A DNA stretch of 64,000 nucleotides from a virus, in the IMG/VR virus record IMGVR_UViG_3300044647_001247, positions 45,820 to 109,819 of that record; one strand, 5' to 3'. Every line of letters begins with the position of its first letter. Position 1 is the first letter of the stretch. Of the stretch, positions 47,770 through 57,894 are shown in pieces. The position numbers and the translations under genes are program-made. The notes under the pieces were generated by a model. That model searched no databases. It saw only the letters and a list, made by a program, of their open reading frames with translations, and was not told the origin of the DNA.

Positions 47770-48506
47770 TGTAGTATTTTTTCTTTTTTTAAAATATTAT
47801 GTACAGTGAACATCAAAGATACTAAATCTGAACCATTAAGAATCTTATAATCAAAATTGTAATCATCTAACTGTGTTTCAGATGGATGATCATTTACTGC
47901 AATAACTCCAGGACGGTCTACACGTATCATAATACCACCTGCATCTTTAACAACTTTAGCATCATTAGGAAATCTACTATCTGTAATAATCCAATTAGGG
48001 TATTGAGGAATTACTTCATTTTCTTCATCTGAATGCTGTTGACAATTATTAATAGGTTTATAATCAGCCATAAGAGCATTCACCCATGCAGTAGGATGCA
48101 GTCCATTTCTAATAGCATCAGTACCTAGTTTTTGTAAGAAGTCTCTTACAGTCATAGGAACAGATTCCATATCTACTTTTTTTGGAAATATTCCATTCTG
48201 ACGTTTACCTGGTTTCATTTTTAAAACATTCCACTCAGGGCCAAGATTGGTCTTTTTGAATTCTTGGTCTTCAAACTTCTTTTCATCTATGCCAGTTAAT
48301 ATACTAGCTATAGTTTTAAGCTTACCTGACCATTTTTTAATTTCCCAACCAGATTGTTCAGATAACCACCAATCATGATCATCTACATTTTTTAGTATTT
48401 CTTCTAATGTAAGTTTGCCTACATTAGCACATTGTAAGTATTGAATAATTCTACCTACAGTGTCTTTTCCTGATCCGGCATAGCCTGATATTCCAATTAT
48501 TGCCAT
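47766..48506 (-). CDS. deoxynucleoside monophosphate kinase
   Basis: IIGISGYAGSGKDTV...RDFLQKLGTD..R...WIITDSRFPN...HPSE. Confidence 0.88.
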   Translation of the reverse strand: MAIIGISGYAGSGKDTVGRIIQYLQCANVGKLTLEEILKNVDDHDWWLSEQSGWEIKKWSGKLKTIASILTGIDEKKFEDQEFKKTNLGPEWNVLKMKPGKRQNGIFPKKVDMESVPMTVRDFLQKLGTDAIRNGLHPTAWVNALMADYKPINNCQQHSDEENEVIPQYPNWIITDSRFPNDAKVVKDAGGIMIRVDRPGVIAVNDHPSETQLDDYNFDYKILNGSDLVSLMFTVHNILKKEKILQ

Positions 48507-48508
48507 AA

Positions 48509-48835
48509 TTATTCTATTTCTTTTGGATTTTTATATTCTTTAAGACAATTTACAACTTTATTATGACCTTCTAAAGCTTCATCCCATGTACAATATCTCC
48601 ACATCTCTCCATCATACTCTCCACCAAATATCATAGTTTCAAATAAAACTGGTTGACCGTTTGGATCCCAGTTATGATCTAATTGTAAAAAAACAGTAGA
48701 CACTTCTTGACCTAATATAACATCTAACCCCACTCTTCTTTTATCAAATGTTTCTTTTGTCAAAGAAGCTGGGAATTCACCTTCCGGTAACATTTCTGTT
48801 GTTTTATCTTCGTTTAATTTATACCAACCTATCAT
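48509..48835 (-). CDS. conserved phage hypothetical protein
   Basis: VSTVFL.LDH...PVLFETMIFGG...TWDEA..GH pattern. Confidence 0.65.
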   Translation of the reverse strand: MIGWYKLNEDKTTEMLPEGEFPASLTKETFDKRRVGLDVILGQEVSTVFLQLDHNWDPNGQPVLFETMIFGGEYDGEMWRYCTWDEALEGHNKVVNCLKEYKNPKEIE

Positions 48836-48859
48836 ATTTCTATTTTTAAAAATTAAAAT

Positions 48860-48897
48860 AAATAGTTCTAGGAGATGTTATTCTCCCAGAACTATTT
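48860..48897 (-). terminator. intrinsic terminator
   Basis: Minus strand AAATAGTTCTGGGAGA-ATAACA-TCTCCTAGAACTATTT, followed by ATTTT. Confidence 0.7.
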
Positions 48898-48926
48898 TGT
48901 TGCAAACTAAAAAAACTATATTTATA

Positions 48927-49775
48927 TTAGTTAAAACTAACACCAAATTCTTTAACAGTTGGTTCTTCTTCCATCATAACTAATTCTTCACTCTGATAAA
49001 CTACAGGTGTTCCATCATCACCATTATCTGTAGGTTCATTCAAATCTTGTAACTGGCCAAATTCATTTACAAAAAAGTTGTGCACTTTTTGATGATCTGA
49101 AAGATAAGTCATTGGATGTGAATCTTTTAGAGCAAGTGTTATATGATTGTACAAATCCCAAGCTGAATCTGGATTATTAGAATAAGTGTAAGCAGGTATT
49201 TCTATTTGACGATGTATCATACCTACTTGTGTAAGTGTAAGAACATCTTGTTCAATTAGAAGACGTCCTATAACACTTCCTTTTTGAGCTTGAGTAAGAT
49301 TCACTTGTTTTAACATTTCTTTATCTGCTACAAGATTAGTATAGTATACATTAGCGTGACTAATTTGATATTGTATAGATGAAACCATATCATTAAAGGC
49401 TGTTTTACCTAAGTGCTTTCTTTGAAAGTTAGAAAGATCTCCTGATACCATTCCATTGTCACAAACAAATACGTGTCCACCAATAGCACACTTAAATTTC
49501 ATTGTTTTATTATAACTGTTTGACCATGCAAACATTAGTCCCATATCTGCATCTCCACCATCATTATAGTTGAGATGATAAATTCCTTGAGCAACTTGAC
49601 CATCAAGGGTGGTCTTATATAATTCTTTATCAATAGTAAAGTTTCCATTACTTAATTCTTTACGTACAGTGTCTATAATTGTTCCATGACTAATTACAGA
49701 ATATTTTCCCCCATGTTGTGGGAGAGGTGTTGTTCTTAAATGTTGCTCTGTTACAAAGCTTGTTTTTGTAGGCAT
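48927..49775 (-). CDS. DUF932-like protein
   Basis: YSVISH...NSYNKT....AIG..VFVCDNGMV...H...SAWDLYNHIT.ALK. Confidence 0.7.
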   Translation of the reverse strand: MPTKTSFVTEQHLRTTPLPQHGGKYSVISHGTIIDTVRKELSNGNFTIDKELYKTTLDGQVAQGIYHLNYNDGGDADMGLMFAWSNSYNKTMKFKCAIGGHVFVCDNGMVSGDLSNFQRKHLGKTAFNDMVSSIQYQISHANVYYTNLVADKEMLKQVNLTQAQKGSVIGRLLIEQDVLTLTQVGMIHRQIEIPAYTYSNNPDSAWDLYNHITLALKDSHPMTYLSDHQKVHNFFVNEFGQLQDLNEPTDNGDDGTPVVYQSEELVMMEEEPTVKEFGVSFN

Positions 49776-49780
49776 AACTA

Positions 49781-51910
49781 TTATTTAAAAAGTGATAATT
49801 GAACTGAGGATTTATATTTAATTATTTCCATTTGTTCTATTTGTTTGTATATTTCATTTAAGTAGTATTTCATATTAATATCATACTCCTCAAATGGTTT
49901 TTGTTTATCTACATTGTTTACTACTGTTTGCATCCATTCTCCTGCCTCCACTTGAATTTGTCTACCATCAGGATGAGCTTTAACTAGCTTTACTCCACTA
50001 TTAGAGATAAAGTATCTAACAATCTTTTGTAAAGATTTAGATTGATAAACACCTTCTTTTTTAATAGTAAGATTAAAAGCTGTATCTAAATTACAACCTG
50101 CCCAGTCTATGTTGACTTTTGGATTATCTCTCCATTCATCTTTAACATAGCTGTCCTCACTCCATTGAGTACTCCATCCATTAGCTAAAACATACTCTCT
50201 TTTTTGTAATTGATTGTAATGCTTATACTTTTCAGGAATTGCTTGTACTATACTAACTTCATTAATCTTCCAGTTTCCTTTGGCTTTTACACCAGCACAA
50301 TAATCTAATACATTCTTATTAGCTGCTAAGAAATCTTCAGGTTTAATACCATTTACAAAATATGCATAAATAGCTTTAGGAATAATAAGAAAGCTTTTAT
50401 TTTTATGAAATACTGCTACTTTTTTCTTATCTAAGTCTTCCCACTCAAATGCACCTTTAGATTTAACCTTTCCTTCTTTATTAATAGCAATGTAATTATT
50501 TACATCTCTAATAATCATTTTTGTATATTCGTCATGCTCAAGAGCAAGTTTAGTTATTTGCTCCCATTTAGAGCATATATCCATATACAAACTTACACTA
50601 TGTGTTGGTATCATTGTTTCAAGACCATCCGTATTCTGCATAAGAGGAATAGCATCTGGTATTTCTTCACAAATCATCTCGTAAAGCATACTTAGACTAA
50701 GCTGACCGTTTACAGTAATTTGCATAGTCATTTTAGGATCGTATAGAAAACTATTTTCATCACCAGTTAAACCATACGTACTATTTAGAATAATCTTGTA
50801 TACATAGTTTTTAGGATCAGTTTTAGGAATCTTTTTACGTTCTTCAAATATCCATTCATACAGTTCAGAAAATTCTTTCTTAGGAAGATGTGCAGGATGA
50901 AATCCGTTCTTAATAGCTAAATTTGGATAGAAACTAACAACATCTGATGTCATTATAGTCCATCCTGGTTTGACTTTATAAATTCCAGGACTTGTTGCAC
51001 CATGTATACCACCTAGTCCATAATCAGTTTTAACTCCTTTATATTCAATAGTGTGTTTAAATCCTTCTTTTGTAGATGTGATCACCTTTGTACGGAAATA
51101 ATTTAATACATTTTGAAAAACGGATGTTTTAAAGTTTATGTAGGGTAGAATGCAATCTGCTAAAACTATATAATCTCTAGGTGTTCTGAGAGTTTTAATC
51201 TCAGACTTATTCCAACCAAGTTTCTTATGCAAGAAATAGAGAAATAACTCTTTAGATATTCTAGGTTCAGAGGCACTATAAAGATCAATACCATATTCAC
51301 CTGTTAATGTTTGTCTAAGAACTATTTGTTCTTTACTAAACATCATAATTTCTTTAGTAGAAAGTACATCATTTAAACAATAACTAACTATCTTTTTAAG
51401 CGTTTCAGAATCAATTACAGGTTCATAGTGAGGATGTGGCATCTCTTCTACATTAGTCCAATCCATGGAGTATTGTATCCATTTTAGTGAACTCATTTTA
51501 GCTTTGTTATCCCAGTGATTCATTTTAAATAAATCTATCTGTTTTATAGAAAGCTTATAAGGAGCAAAGTCTTGAAATTCTCCTTTATCAGACTTGCTTA
51601 TAACAGACTGAGCATACTTATACAAGTCACTGGCAAGATTGCTAGTGGATAGTGTTATAAGCCTGTCTGAGTTATTTAAAATATACTGAGTAATTTGGGC
51701 ATCAAATGCTAATCCATTATAGGATATATGCCACTCTTTACTTGTCACGCATGTTTGAAGAAAGTTGACAAGCTTTTTTATATCATTTCTATCGTTATTA
51801 ATTATAAAGACGTGCTTTACGTCATCGTTTTTATAATGAACAAATACACCTACAAAACAATTAAGTATTGTCTCATAGTCCATAACCCAATGGGTTTGTT
51901 GAGTGCTCAT
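49781..51910 (-). CDS. family B DNA polymerase (crAss-like type)
   Basis: Exo motifs MDYET, YNGLAFD, YCLNDV. Polymerase motifs SDVVSFYP, KIILNSTYG, QNTDG. Confidence 0.92.
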   Translation of the reverse strand: MSTQQTHWVMDYETILNCFVGVFVHYKNDDVKHVFIINNDRNDIKKLVNFLQTCVTSKEWHISYNGLAFDAQITQYILNNSDRLITLSTSNLASDLYKYAQSVISKSDKGEFQDFAPYKLSIKQIDLFKMNHWDNKAKMSSLKWIQYSMDWTNVEEMPHPHYEPVIDSETLKKIVSYCLNDVLSTKEIMMFSKEQIVLRQTLTGEYGIDLYSASEPRISKELFLYFLHKKLGWNKSEIKTLRTPRDYIVLADCILPYINFKTSVFQNVLNYFRTKVITSTKEGFKHTIEYKGVKTDYGLGGIHGATSPGIYKVKPGWTIMTSDVVSFYPNLAIKNGFHPAHLPKKEFSELYEWIFEERKKIPKTDPKNYVYKIILNSTYGLTGDENSFLYDPKMTMQITVNGQLSLSMLYEMICEEIPDAIPLMQNTDGLETMIPTHSVSLYMDICSKWEQITKLALEHDEYTKMIIRDVNNYIAINKEGKVKSKGAFEWEDLDKKKVAVFHKNKSFLIIPKAIYAYFVNGIKPEDFLAANKNVLDYCAGVKAKGNWKINEVSIVQAIPEKYKHYNQLQKREYVLANGWSTQWSEDSYVKDEWRDNPKVNIDWAGCNLDTAFNLTIKKEGVYQSKSLQKIVRYFISNSGVKLVKAHPDGRQIQVEAGEWMQTVVNNVDKQKPFEEYDINMKYYLNEIYKQIEQMEIIKYKSSVQLSLFK

Positions 51911-51958
51911 ATGTAATTTGTTGTTCAGTTGAGCTGTCCCCCCTCTTTTTTGTACAAA

Positions 51959-52369
51959 TTAATCTTTTGTAACTTCTTCCTGTGCTACCACTTCAGTTTT
52001 ATTATCTATATCAAGATATGATTGAAAATCAAAGTCATATGAATTAGCTGCTAAATAAGTAACCATTGCTTTAATTTCACTAGGCTCTTCAACATAATAC
52101 TCATAATAAGACTCAATTGTTTTTCTTTCTTCAGCATAGTCTTTACCATCTTGACGTCTTCCCATTTTTAGTTTTTTAACATCACCATTCTCGTCAAGTT
52201 TGGGAAACAAGTGCATGCTTTCTTTCTTATCTTTACCAATCAGTGCCATCACTTTACTGTCACGATCATAAATACCTTCTAAAAAAGGACACTCAGAAGA
52301 TGTAGGAATTAATTTAAATGTCTTAGTGTTACCCCAAGTACCGGTAACTAGCATCATAGAATTCATCAT
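51959..52369 (-). CDS. hypothetical protein
   Basis: 136-aa ORF downstream of a TAAATTTG element. Confidence 0.65.
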   Translation of the reverse strand: MMNSMMLVTGTWGNTKTFKLIPTSSECPFLEGIYDRDSKVMALIGKDKKESMHLFPKLDENGDVKKLKMGRRQDGKDYAEERKTIESYYEYYVEEPSEIKAMVTYLAANSYDFDFQSYLDIDNKTEVVAQEEVTKD

Positions 52370-52389
52370 ATGTATATAATTTATTTTTA

Positions 52390-52397
52390 CAAATTTA
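52390..52397 (-). promoter_or_regulatory. Bacteroidota sigma-A -7 element (TAAATTTG)
   Basis: TAnnTTTG about 20 nt upstream of ATG 52369. Confidence 0.6.
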
Positions 52398-52406
52398 AAG
52401 AGTTTT

Positions 52407-52973
52407 CTACAACATCTCCAAATCTTCTTTAGGAATTTTTAATGTTTCTTTATCAATATCACAAGGATTACAAAGTTCTCCTACTGCTTTTATGCTGCTA
52501 GTTTCCACATCTAAAAGAGTAGCATATAAATCATAATACCTATCTGGGTATAAATATGTTTCTATGTAACGATATTCAACTGAAACTTCTCCAAAATAAT
52601 CTTTTATAGCTTTTTTTAATTTAGGATTCAATTTAGAATATTTACCCATAATTACATGAAACCAGTCACTTTCAAATGATTGATAATCAAATACATATAA
52701 GTTATAGTTTTTTACATCCATCATTTTACTAAATAATGGATTGTTTAATAACATTTTTTCTTCATAAGATTTAAATTCTGCACTTTCTTCTTTCTTGTAA
52801 GTACATATTAATTTACAATCTTCAATTTGTATTAAACCTTCTACTGCCATATATGTACCTGTAGGTGGGAAATCAGAGATCTTTTTTATACCTAATAAAG
52901 GATATAAAAAAGATCTAGATTTCTGAAAATACTTCCCGTATACATCAGTAATTTTTTGCAAGTCTTGTTTCAT
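52407..52973 (-). CDS. hypothetical protein next to the exonuclease
   Basis: 188 aa, KSRSFLYPLLG...GKYSKL. Confidence 0.65.
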   Translation of the reverse strand: MKQDLQKITDVYGKYFQKSRSFLYPLLGIKKISDFPPTGTYMAVEGLIQIEDCKLICTYKKEESAEFKSYEEKMLLNNPLFSKMMDVKNYNLYVFDYQSFESDWFHVIMGKYSKLNPKLKKAIKDYFGEVSVEYRYIETYLYPDRYYDLYATLLDVETSSIKAVGELCNPCDIDKETLKIPKEDLEML

Positions 52974-52987
52974 CTATAAAATAATTT

Positions 52988-54016
52988 TTATAAAATTACT
53001 AAATCATTTGCAAAATCATATGGAAGTTCATAATTTTTATTTTTATAATGCCATTCAGCTTTTTCAATAACTTCGTTAAATCTATCTAACCAGCTGTTTA
53101 ATGTATTTTCTGATACAGGAAATGCATAAGTCTGAAATGCTTTATCAATCACTACAAAATGAAACTTCACATTATAACCTTGGTCTATTAAATCACGGAA
53201 TAAAAAGTCTGCCATAATCATATACATTATAGCTTGTAACCAGTAAGAATAGTATTCTATAGATTCACTAAAATCTTTTAGTTCTTTACTAGTAGTTTTA
53301 ATATCATTGATATATATAATTTTTTCATCATGATTAATCACTATGTTATCAATAATACCTTTTAATCCATATGATTTACTAGAGAAGTCTATAGATGCTT
53401 CTAGCTCATTAATCACTTTTACATTATCAAAATCTGATATATTACAACCTATTAGCTTACATATCTTACTATTAGTTTTAACTATTTCTACAGCATCATA
53501 ACAATACTTATAGGTAGGTTCATCTACTAATGTTTTATCAGCTTTAAGTTTAAGAAATTTCCAATAACTTTTAGTATCATCTGTAATTATTTTATCTATT
53601 CTTTGGGCGTCTGTTTTCAAACTTTGATGATAATTAATATCTCTCATTACATCTAACAAAGCACCTTGAAATTCTTCTAATTCTGTACGCGTGTCACCAT
53701 TTCTAGCAAGTTCTGAATAATGACTGAAAACTCTATCTATTACAATTTTTACATTGTCTTTCGGTAAGTTATCTGGAATCATTAAAAACTTTTCTTTAAA
53801 CTTCTCAGGTTCTAGTAGAAGCAGGTGAATAAGTTTACCTTGTATTAAATGCTGTTCTACTTTTTCTTGTTTTAATCCAAGTACATACAAATGATAAAAT
53901 ATAGTAGGATTCCATAAAAGTTTATTTAAACTACTATATGAGTAGTAAAACTTCTTATTATAGAAACTTTCTTCTAAAATATTTATAGATTCTTCCATTA
54001 TACTTTCTAGTTCCAT
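52988..54016 (-). CDS. PD-(D/E)XK (RecB/Cas4-like) exonuclease
   Basis: SYSSL...GKLIH...LKGIIDNI...INDIKTT...YWLQAIMY. Confidence 0.85.
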   Translation of the reverse strand: MELESIMEESINILEESFYNKKFYYSYSSLNKLLWNPTIFYHLYVLGLKQEKVEQHLIQGKLIHLLLLEPEKFKEKFLMIPDNLPKDNVKIVIDRVFSHYSELARNGDTRTELEEFQGALLDVMRDINYHQSLKTDAQRIDKIITDDTKSYWKFLKLKADKTLVDEPTYKYCYDAVEIVKTNSKICKLIGCNISDFDNVKVINELEASIDFSSKSYGLKGIIDNIVINHDEKIIYINDIKTTSKELKDFSESIEYYSYWLQAIMYMIMADFLFRDLIDQGYNVKFHFVVIDKAFQTYAFPVSENTLNSWLDRFNEVIEKAEWHYKNKNYELPYDFANDLVIL

Positions 54017-54033
54017 TGTTTATTTATTTTATG

Positions 54034-54351
54034 TTATTTATTCTTTTTCCACACCCCAAGTTCTTCAAGCTTAGTTCGTATACGTTTTTGACTTTTTGGA
54101 TCAACTGTATATCCTTCTTCATATTCTAAAAAACTTATTAAATCTATAACATCAATAAATTCTTTAGTTTCTTCTTCTTTTATCTTTTTGAAACTAGACC
54201 AGTCTTCTTCTGGTAAATATCCTATTAGATATTCTATAGGTATGAAGTTTAATAATTCTTCTAAAGCTTCATGATCATGAAAGTGAATATCTTCGCTCAC
54301 TTGTTCAATAACTTTTTGCATTAGTTCTTCTTTGTTCTTTTGGTTTGGCAT
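54034..54351 (-). CDS. hypothetical acidic protein
   Basis: 105-aa ORF. Confidence 0.6.
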   Translation of the reverse strand: MPNQKNKEELMQKVIEQVSEDIHFHDHEALEELLNFIPIEYLIGYLPEEDWSSFKKIKEEETKEFIDVIDLISFLEYEEGYTVDPKSQKRIRTKLEELGVWKKNK

Positions 54352-54366
54352 ATCTATTTATTTATT

Positions 54367-54621
54367 CTAAACAGGTGAATTATTTTTAGTAATAATACCT
54401 AAAGTTTTATGCATTTCATCTAACACTTTTTTATGAAGACGATGTGTGCTTGTAGGATCTGCGTCTAATTCAGAAAGAGTTTTATATCTTTCTTTTAACC
54501 TTATTTCTTCTGCATTATTGTTTTTTAGTTCATCTGCAATTCTTTTAAGTTGAAGTGCAATTTCTGGTAGAGTATGTTCTATAAGCATACGTCCCAGCAT
54601 AGTTTCATGTAATTCAGGCAT
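54367..54621 (-). CDS. hypothetical protein
   Basis: 84-aa ORF, LHETMLG..LIEHTLP. Confidence 0.6.
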   Translation of the reverse strand: MPELHETMLGRMLIEHTLPEIALQLKRIADELKNNNAEEIRLKERYKTLSELDADPTSTHRLHKKVLDEMHKTLGIITKNNSPV

Positions 54622-54647
54622 ATTTTACTTTTTCTATGATTTTTAGT

Positions 54648-54794
54648 TTATTCTTCAAAAGGTGCTTCAACAATTGATATGATAGCTCCCAAGTCAAATA
54701 TTTGTAATACTCTTTCTACAGACTTTGCACCTATAAAAGTCCATTCTTCTTCCTTCTTACTGTGAGGAATATAAACCACTTTAAATCTTTTCAT
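54648..54794 (-). CDS. 48-aa hypothetical protein (not in the ORF track)
   Basis: MKRFKVVYIPHSKKEEEWTFIGAKSVERVLQIFDLGAIISIVEAPFEE fills the gap and overlaps the upstream stop. Confidence 0.5.
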   Translation of the reverse strand: MKRFKVVYIPHSKKEEEWTFIGAKSVERVLQIFDLGAIISIVEAPFEE

Positions 54795-55035
54795 TTTCTT
54801 CTTTTTTTTCTCTTTTATGAATAATTATACTTAATACTTCTAATAATTGTTTAACATCTTCTTCTGTATATTCGTGCATTTCAAACATATCAGGTGTTAT
54901 AGCATGTAAATCTTCTATATTTAAACTTTCTAAATAATCAAGAGGAATACTAGGCTGTGGGTTTATCTGATGCTGTATATAACAGTATATTATTTTAAGC
55001 CATTGTGTTTCAGTGATGTTTTCAAATAAATTCAT
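54781..55035 (-). CDS. hypothetical protein
   Basis: 84-aa ORF. Confidence 0.55.
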   Translation of the reverse strand: MNLFENITETQWLKIIYCYIQHQINPQPSIPLDYLESLNIEDLHAITPDMFEMHEYTEEDVKQLLEVLSIIIHKREKKEENEKI

Positions 55036-55042
55036 TTCTTTT

Positions 55043-55441
55043 CTAATTTTGTTTTAATCTTAACTTGTCATCTTTGCTTTTAGTGTCATGACATTGGATA
55101 CAAAGCACCTGCAGATTATCTATTTCACAGAACAGTCTTTCTACAAATCCAGGAAGATCTTGTGCACAGTTTAAGCTTCCAGCAGGTTGTATATGGTCTA
55201 CATTAATATGCTTTTCTGCAAACCAAAGTTTACATACATTACATTGATACTCAAACTTTTGTCTTTTGTTGGGTCCTTTGTATGTTCGTTTAGCTTTTAG
55301 CTTACACTGAGTGATGGGTTTCCACCATCTAGACTTCTGTCTAAGACCTGAACGTATAAAACTCCAGAAGGCAGCTTCTGTCATTGTACCTGCATTTTTA
55401 GTTTTAGGTACACGAGGTTTTCTTGTGGTCTTTTTAGCCAT
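55043..55441 (-). CDS. HNH endonuclease
   Basis: CNVC...VDHIQPAG...NLQVLCIQCHDTK. Confidence 0.85.
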   Translation of the reverse strand: MAKKTTRKPRVPKTKNAGTMTEAAFWSFIRSGLRQKSRWWKPITQCKLKAKRTYKGPNKRQKFEYQCNVCKLWFAEKHINVDHIQPAGSLNCAQDLPGFVERLFCEIDNLQVLCIQCHDTKSKDDKLRLKQN

Positions 55442-55459
55442 ATTATTCTATTTTCTATA

Positions 55460-55467
55460 CAAATTTA
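55460..55467 (-). promoter_or_regulatory. Bacteroidota sigma-A -7 element (TAAATTTG)
   Basis: TAnnTTTG 18 nt upstream of ATG 55441. Confidence 0.6.
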
Positions 55468-55477
55468 GTTTAGAAAA

Positions 55478-56467
55478 TTATAAATCCTGTAATTTTTTAT
55501 CTAATAATGGAACTAGTGTTAATAATACTTTCTTTGCTCCATGGTCTTTTATGCTATCAGAAATATCTTTACTCATAGGTAAAACAGCTACAGCCACTTC
55601 TGGATAGGTGATTTTATACTTTGCCAGAGATTGTATACCTGCTTCGTCATAATCAAATAAAACTATCACTTTTTTATAGTTTTTAATGTATTCTAGCATT
55701 TGTTCTTTACGAATAAATGTATTTTCAGAATCAGGAGCAATTACATCCATATCCATTTTAAGGCTTCTTAAAGACATTACATCTTTAAGAGAACTTGTAA
55801 TAACTAAATATTTAGAATTATTTAATTGTTCAGTTCCTTGTATATAATCATTCACTTTAATAAATTTTTTATCTAGAGTTTTTGGTTGGTATATTTTATA
55901 AAGAGTTTCATCTTTTTTAAAATAACCATATAAGTAATTACCATGAATAGTAAGACTATTTAATTCTCCTTCAACTTCTTTTTCTAATGTGTAATATTCT
56001 AAAGGACGAACACAGTATTCATTTAGTAAACGTGAACCTATATTAAACTGAGTCCAATAATATTGATCAGAAGTGTTCCAAGAACGAAACATATATGATT
56101 TCACTTTATACTTACTAGCTTGTTTAAACTCTTTTAAGTCATACCCACCATTATTATGCAATATAAAGTCATTATATTTTTCTACTATTTGTTGGCAAGT
56201 TTTGTAATAAGAAAGCTGTTCAATATCTTTTACAAGATCTATAGCTGAGCCTCCTTTACCAGAAGAAAAATCTTTATATTTATATATTTTTCTTTTATCA
56301 TCTGCTACATAGATACACATTGAAGGTGTACGTTCTTTACTATTGAATAAACTTTTTATTTTTACATCTTGCCCTATTAGCTTTTCTTTAAGTTTACAAT
56401 AAGTTTCAAATATCCATGTAGTTGGTACATCTTTTACATCATGTACAAGATTCTTTGTTTTAAACAT
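55478..56467 (-). CDS. DnaG-like primase (TOPRIM, degenerate Zn-binding domain)
   Basis: ERTPS...YKDFSSGKGG, KIYQP, ITSSLKDVM, APDSE, FDYDEAG, KDISD. Confidence 0.82.
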   Translation of the reverse strand: MFKTKNLVHDVKDVPTTWIFETYCKLKEKLIGQDVKIKSLFNSKERTPSMCIYVADDKRKIYKYKDFSSGKGGSAIDLVKDIEQLSYYKTCQQIVEKYNDFILHNNGGYDLKEFKQASKYKVKSYMFRSWNTSDQYYWTQFNIGSRLLNEYCVRPLEYYTLEKEVEGELNSLTIHGNYLYGYFKKDETLYKIYQPKTLDKKFIKVNDYIQGTEQLNNSKYLVITSSLKDVMSLRSLKMDMDVIAPDSENTFIRKEQMLEYIKNYKKVIVLFDYDEAGIQSLAKYKITYPEVAVAVLPMSKDISDSIKDHGAKKVLLTLVPLLDKKLQDL

Positions 56468-56489
56468 ACTATTAGTTTATAAACATGTA

Positions 56490-56522
56490 TAAAAAATATA
56501 GGGGGGTGTAGAAACACCCCCC
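56490..56522 (-). terminator. intrinsic terminator
   Basis: Minus strand GGGGGGTGT-TTCT-ACACCCCCC, then TATATTTTTT. Confidence 0.75.
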
Positions 56523-56549
56523 GCATTTTAGGATAGAAAGTATAAAGAA

Positions 56550-57173
56550 TTACATTTCAAAATCATTACTAGCTGGTTCAAAACTAGTTACATTAGATTT
56601 TGACAATGGTTTAAAATGATACTTATTTGTTTTATCAAACTTATCAAGTTTTGATTCATCAGTAGAGATAAATTTATACTTTGGTAAAGACAATTTAGTA
56701 ATTGTTTTATCATTGTATTCTTCTTCTGATCCTTTCAAAAACCAATAAGCATTATGTCCTTTTAGTATTTCTGTAGCAGCAGCTGCCCACTCTTCAATAC
56801 TTGTTATTGCTTTATTAGTAGAAAGAAGGTCAATTTCATCTCTAAGACCTAATTCTTTTGCAATAACAATAAACTTATTTAAGATGTCATTTTTATTAAC
56901 ATCATCCGTTTGAAATTGATCTGTCCAAATAGTAGCAGAAACACGAGAACATGGTCCTGTATACTTTGGTCCATCTGGATTGTCTTTGTCAAGAGGCCAT
57001 CCTTCAAAATCTGGATCTGTAGATTTTGCCACTAAGGTTAATTCAAGAATTTTCTTGTCTCCCTTACTAGATGTTCTAACTTGTGAACTATGGATTTTTG
57101 CATAAACTACACCAGGTTGTAATGATTTTGGTGTTCCACCTTGTTTTACTTCTTGTCCTTTTGTACTAAACAT
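56550..57173 (-). CDS. putative single-stranded DNA-binding protein
   Basis: LQPGVVYAKI start, acidic/aromatic C-terminus (NDFEM), directly after the AAA ATPase. Confidence 0.45.
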   Translation of the reverse strand: MFSTKGQEVKQGGTPKSLQPGVVYAKIHSSQVRTSSKGDKKILELTLVAKSTDPDFEGWPLDKDNPDGPKYTGPCSRVSATIWTDQFQTDDVNKNDILNKFIVIAKELGLRDEIDLLSTNKAITSIEEWAAAATEILKGHNAYWFLKGSEEEYNDKTITKLSLPKYKFISTDESKLDKFDKTNKYHFKPLSKSNVTSFEPASNDFEM

Positions 57174-57209
57174 AACGTTTTGTTTTTATTAAATTAAGAA
57201 TTAGAAAAA

Positions 57210-57893
57210 TTAGTTTTCAAAATCAGAAATAGCTTCATTAACATATGCTAAATCATTAGGTATTTCAAAATCTTTGAACATACCTTTTGGACTTTTGCAT
57301 GTATTATCACCAGTTGTTTGTGTTTCAAACACATATCTAGTTGCACCATTAGCATCTCTTTTAACTTTACCATATAGTACAATAGAAAATAAACCTTCTA
57401 ATGTAAGCTTTTCATCAACCATTTTACCAATGGTTTTAGCTTTATATCGTTTTTTACCTTCAATATCAGTTCCTTCTTCTGAATGTGTTAGATAATAAAC
57501 AGTAAGATCATCACGTAAATCTTTAGGAAGTCTACTTATACGAGCTAAGTGTCCACCAATTTCTGTAAATTTTTCATAACCTTTCTCACTTGCTCTATCA
57601 AAAAATTCAAAACTAGACATGTATTGAAAGTCATCTATCACTACTGTTTTAATCTCAGGACGTTTACTATTTACATATACTAACGCTGCTTCAATTTGTT
57701 CAGGTTTACTACCTGAATACAAATTTCCTGCTTGGTTATCTTTAGTCCAAATAGTGAATCTTTTCTTCCATCCTCTAAATGGAAGAGGTTTATTAGCTAC
57801 ATTAATAATAAATGTACTATCAGGATCTAAATTTTCAATAGATGTAGATTTACCTGTACCTGATTCTGCAATAATTAATACTCCTTTTCCCAT
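57210..57893 (-). CDS. AAA_24/Sak4-like P-loop ATPase
   Basis: Walker A AESGTGKS, Walker B VVIDDFQY, KAKTIGKMVD, KSPKGMF. Confidence 0.85.
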   Translation of the reverse strand: MGKGVLIIAESGTGKSTSIENLDPDSTFIINVANKPLPFRGWKKRFTIWTKDNQAGNLYSGSKPEQIEAALVYVNSKRPEIKTVVIDDFQYMSSFEFFDRASEKGYEKFTEIGGHLARISRLPKDLRDDLTVYYLTHSEEGTDIEGKKRYKAKTIGKMVDEKLTLEGLFSIVLYGKVKRDANGATRYVFETQTTGDNTCKSPKGMFKDFEIPNDLAYVNEAISDFEN

Positions 57894-57894
57894 A

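Noticed and set aside
26527-51910. Introns or inteins in the RNAP or PolB genes
   Set aside because: The reading frames are continuous and I saw no intein splice motifs or embedded homing endonuclease.
51920-51950. tRNA-like 5' sequence GGGGGGACAGCTCAACTG upstream of PolB (minus strand)
   Set aside because: The gap is only 48 nt, with no anticodon or T arm and no acceptor complement. At most a small leader element.
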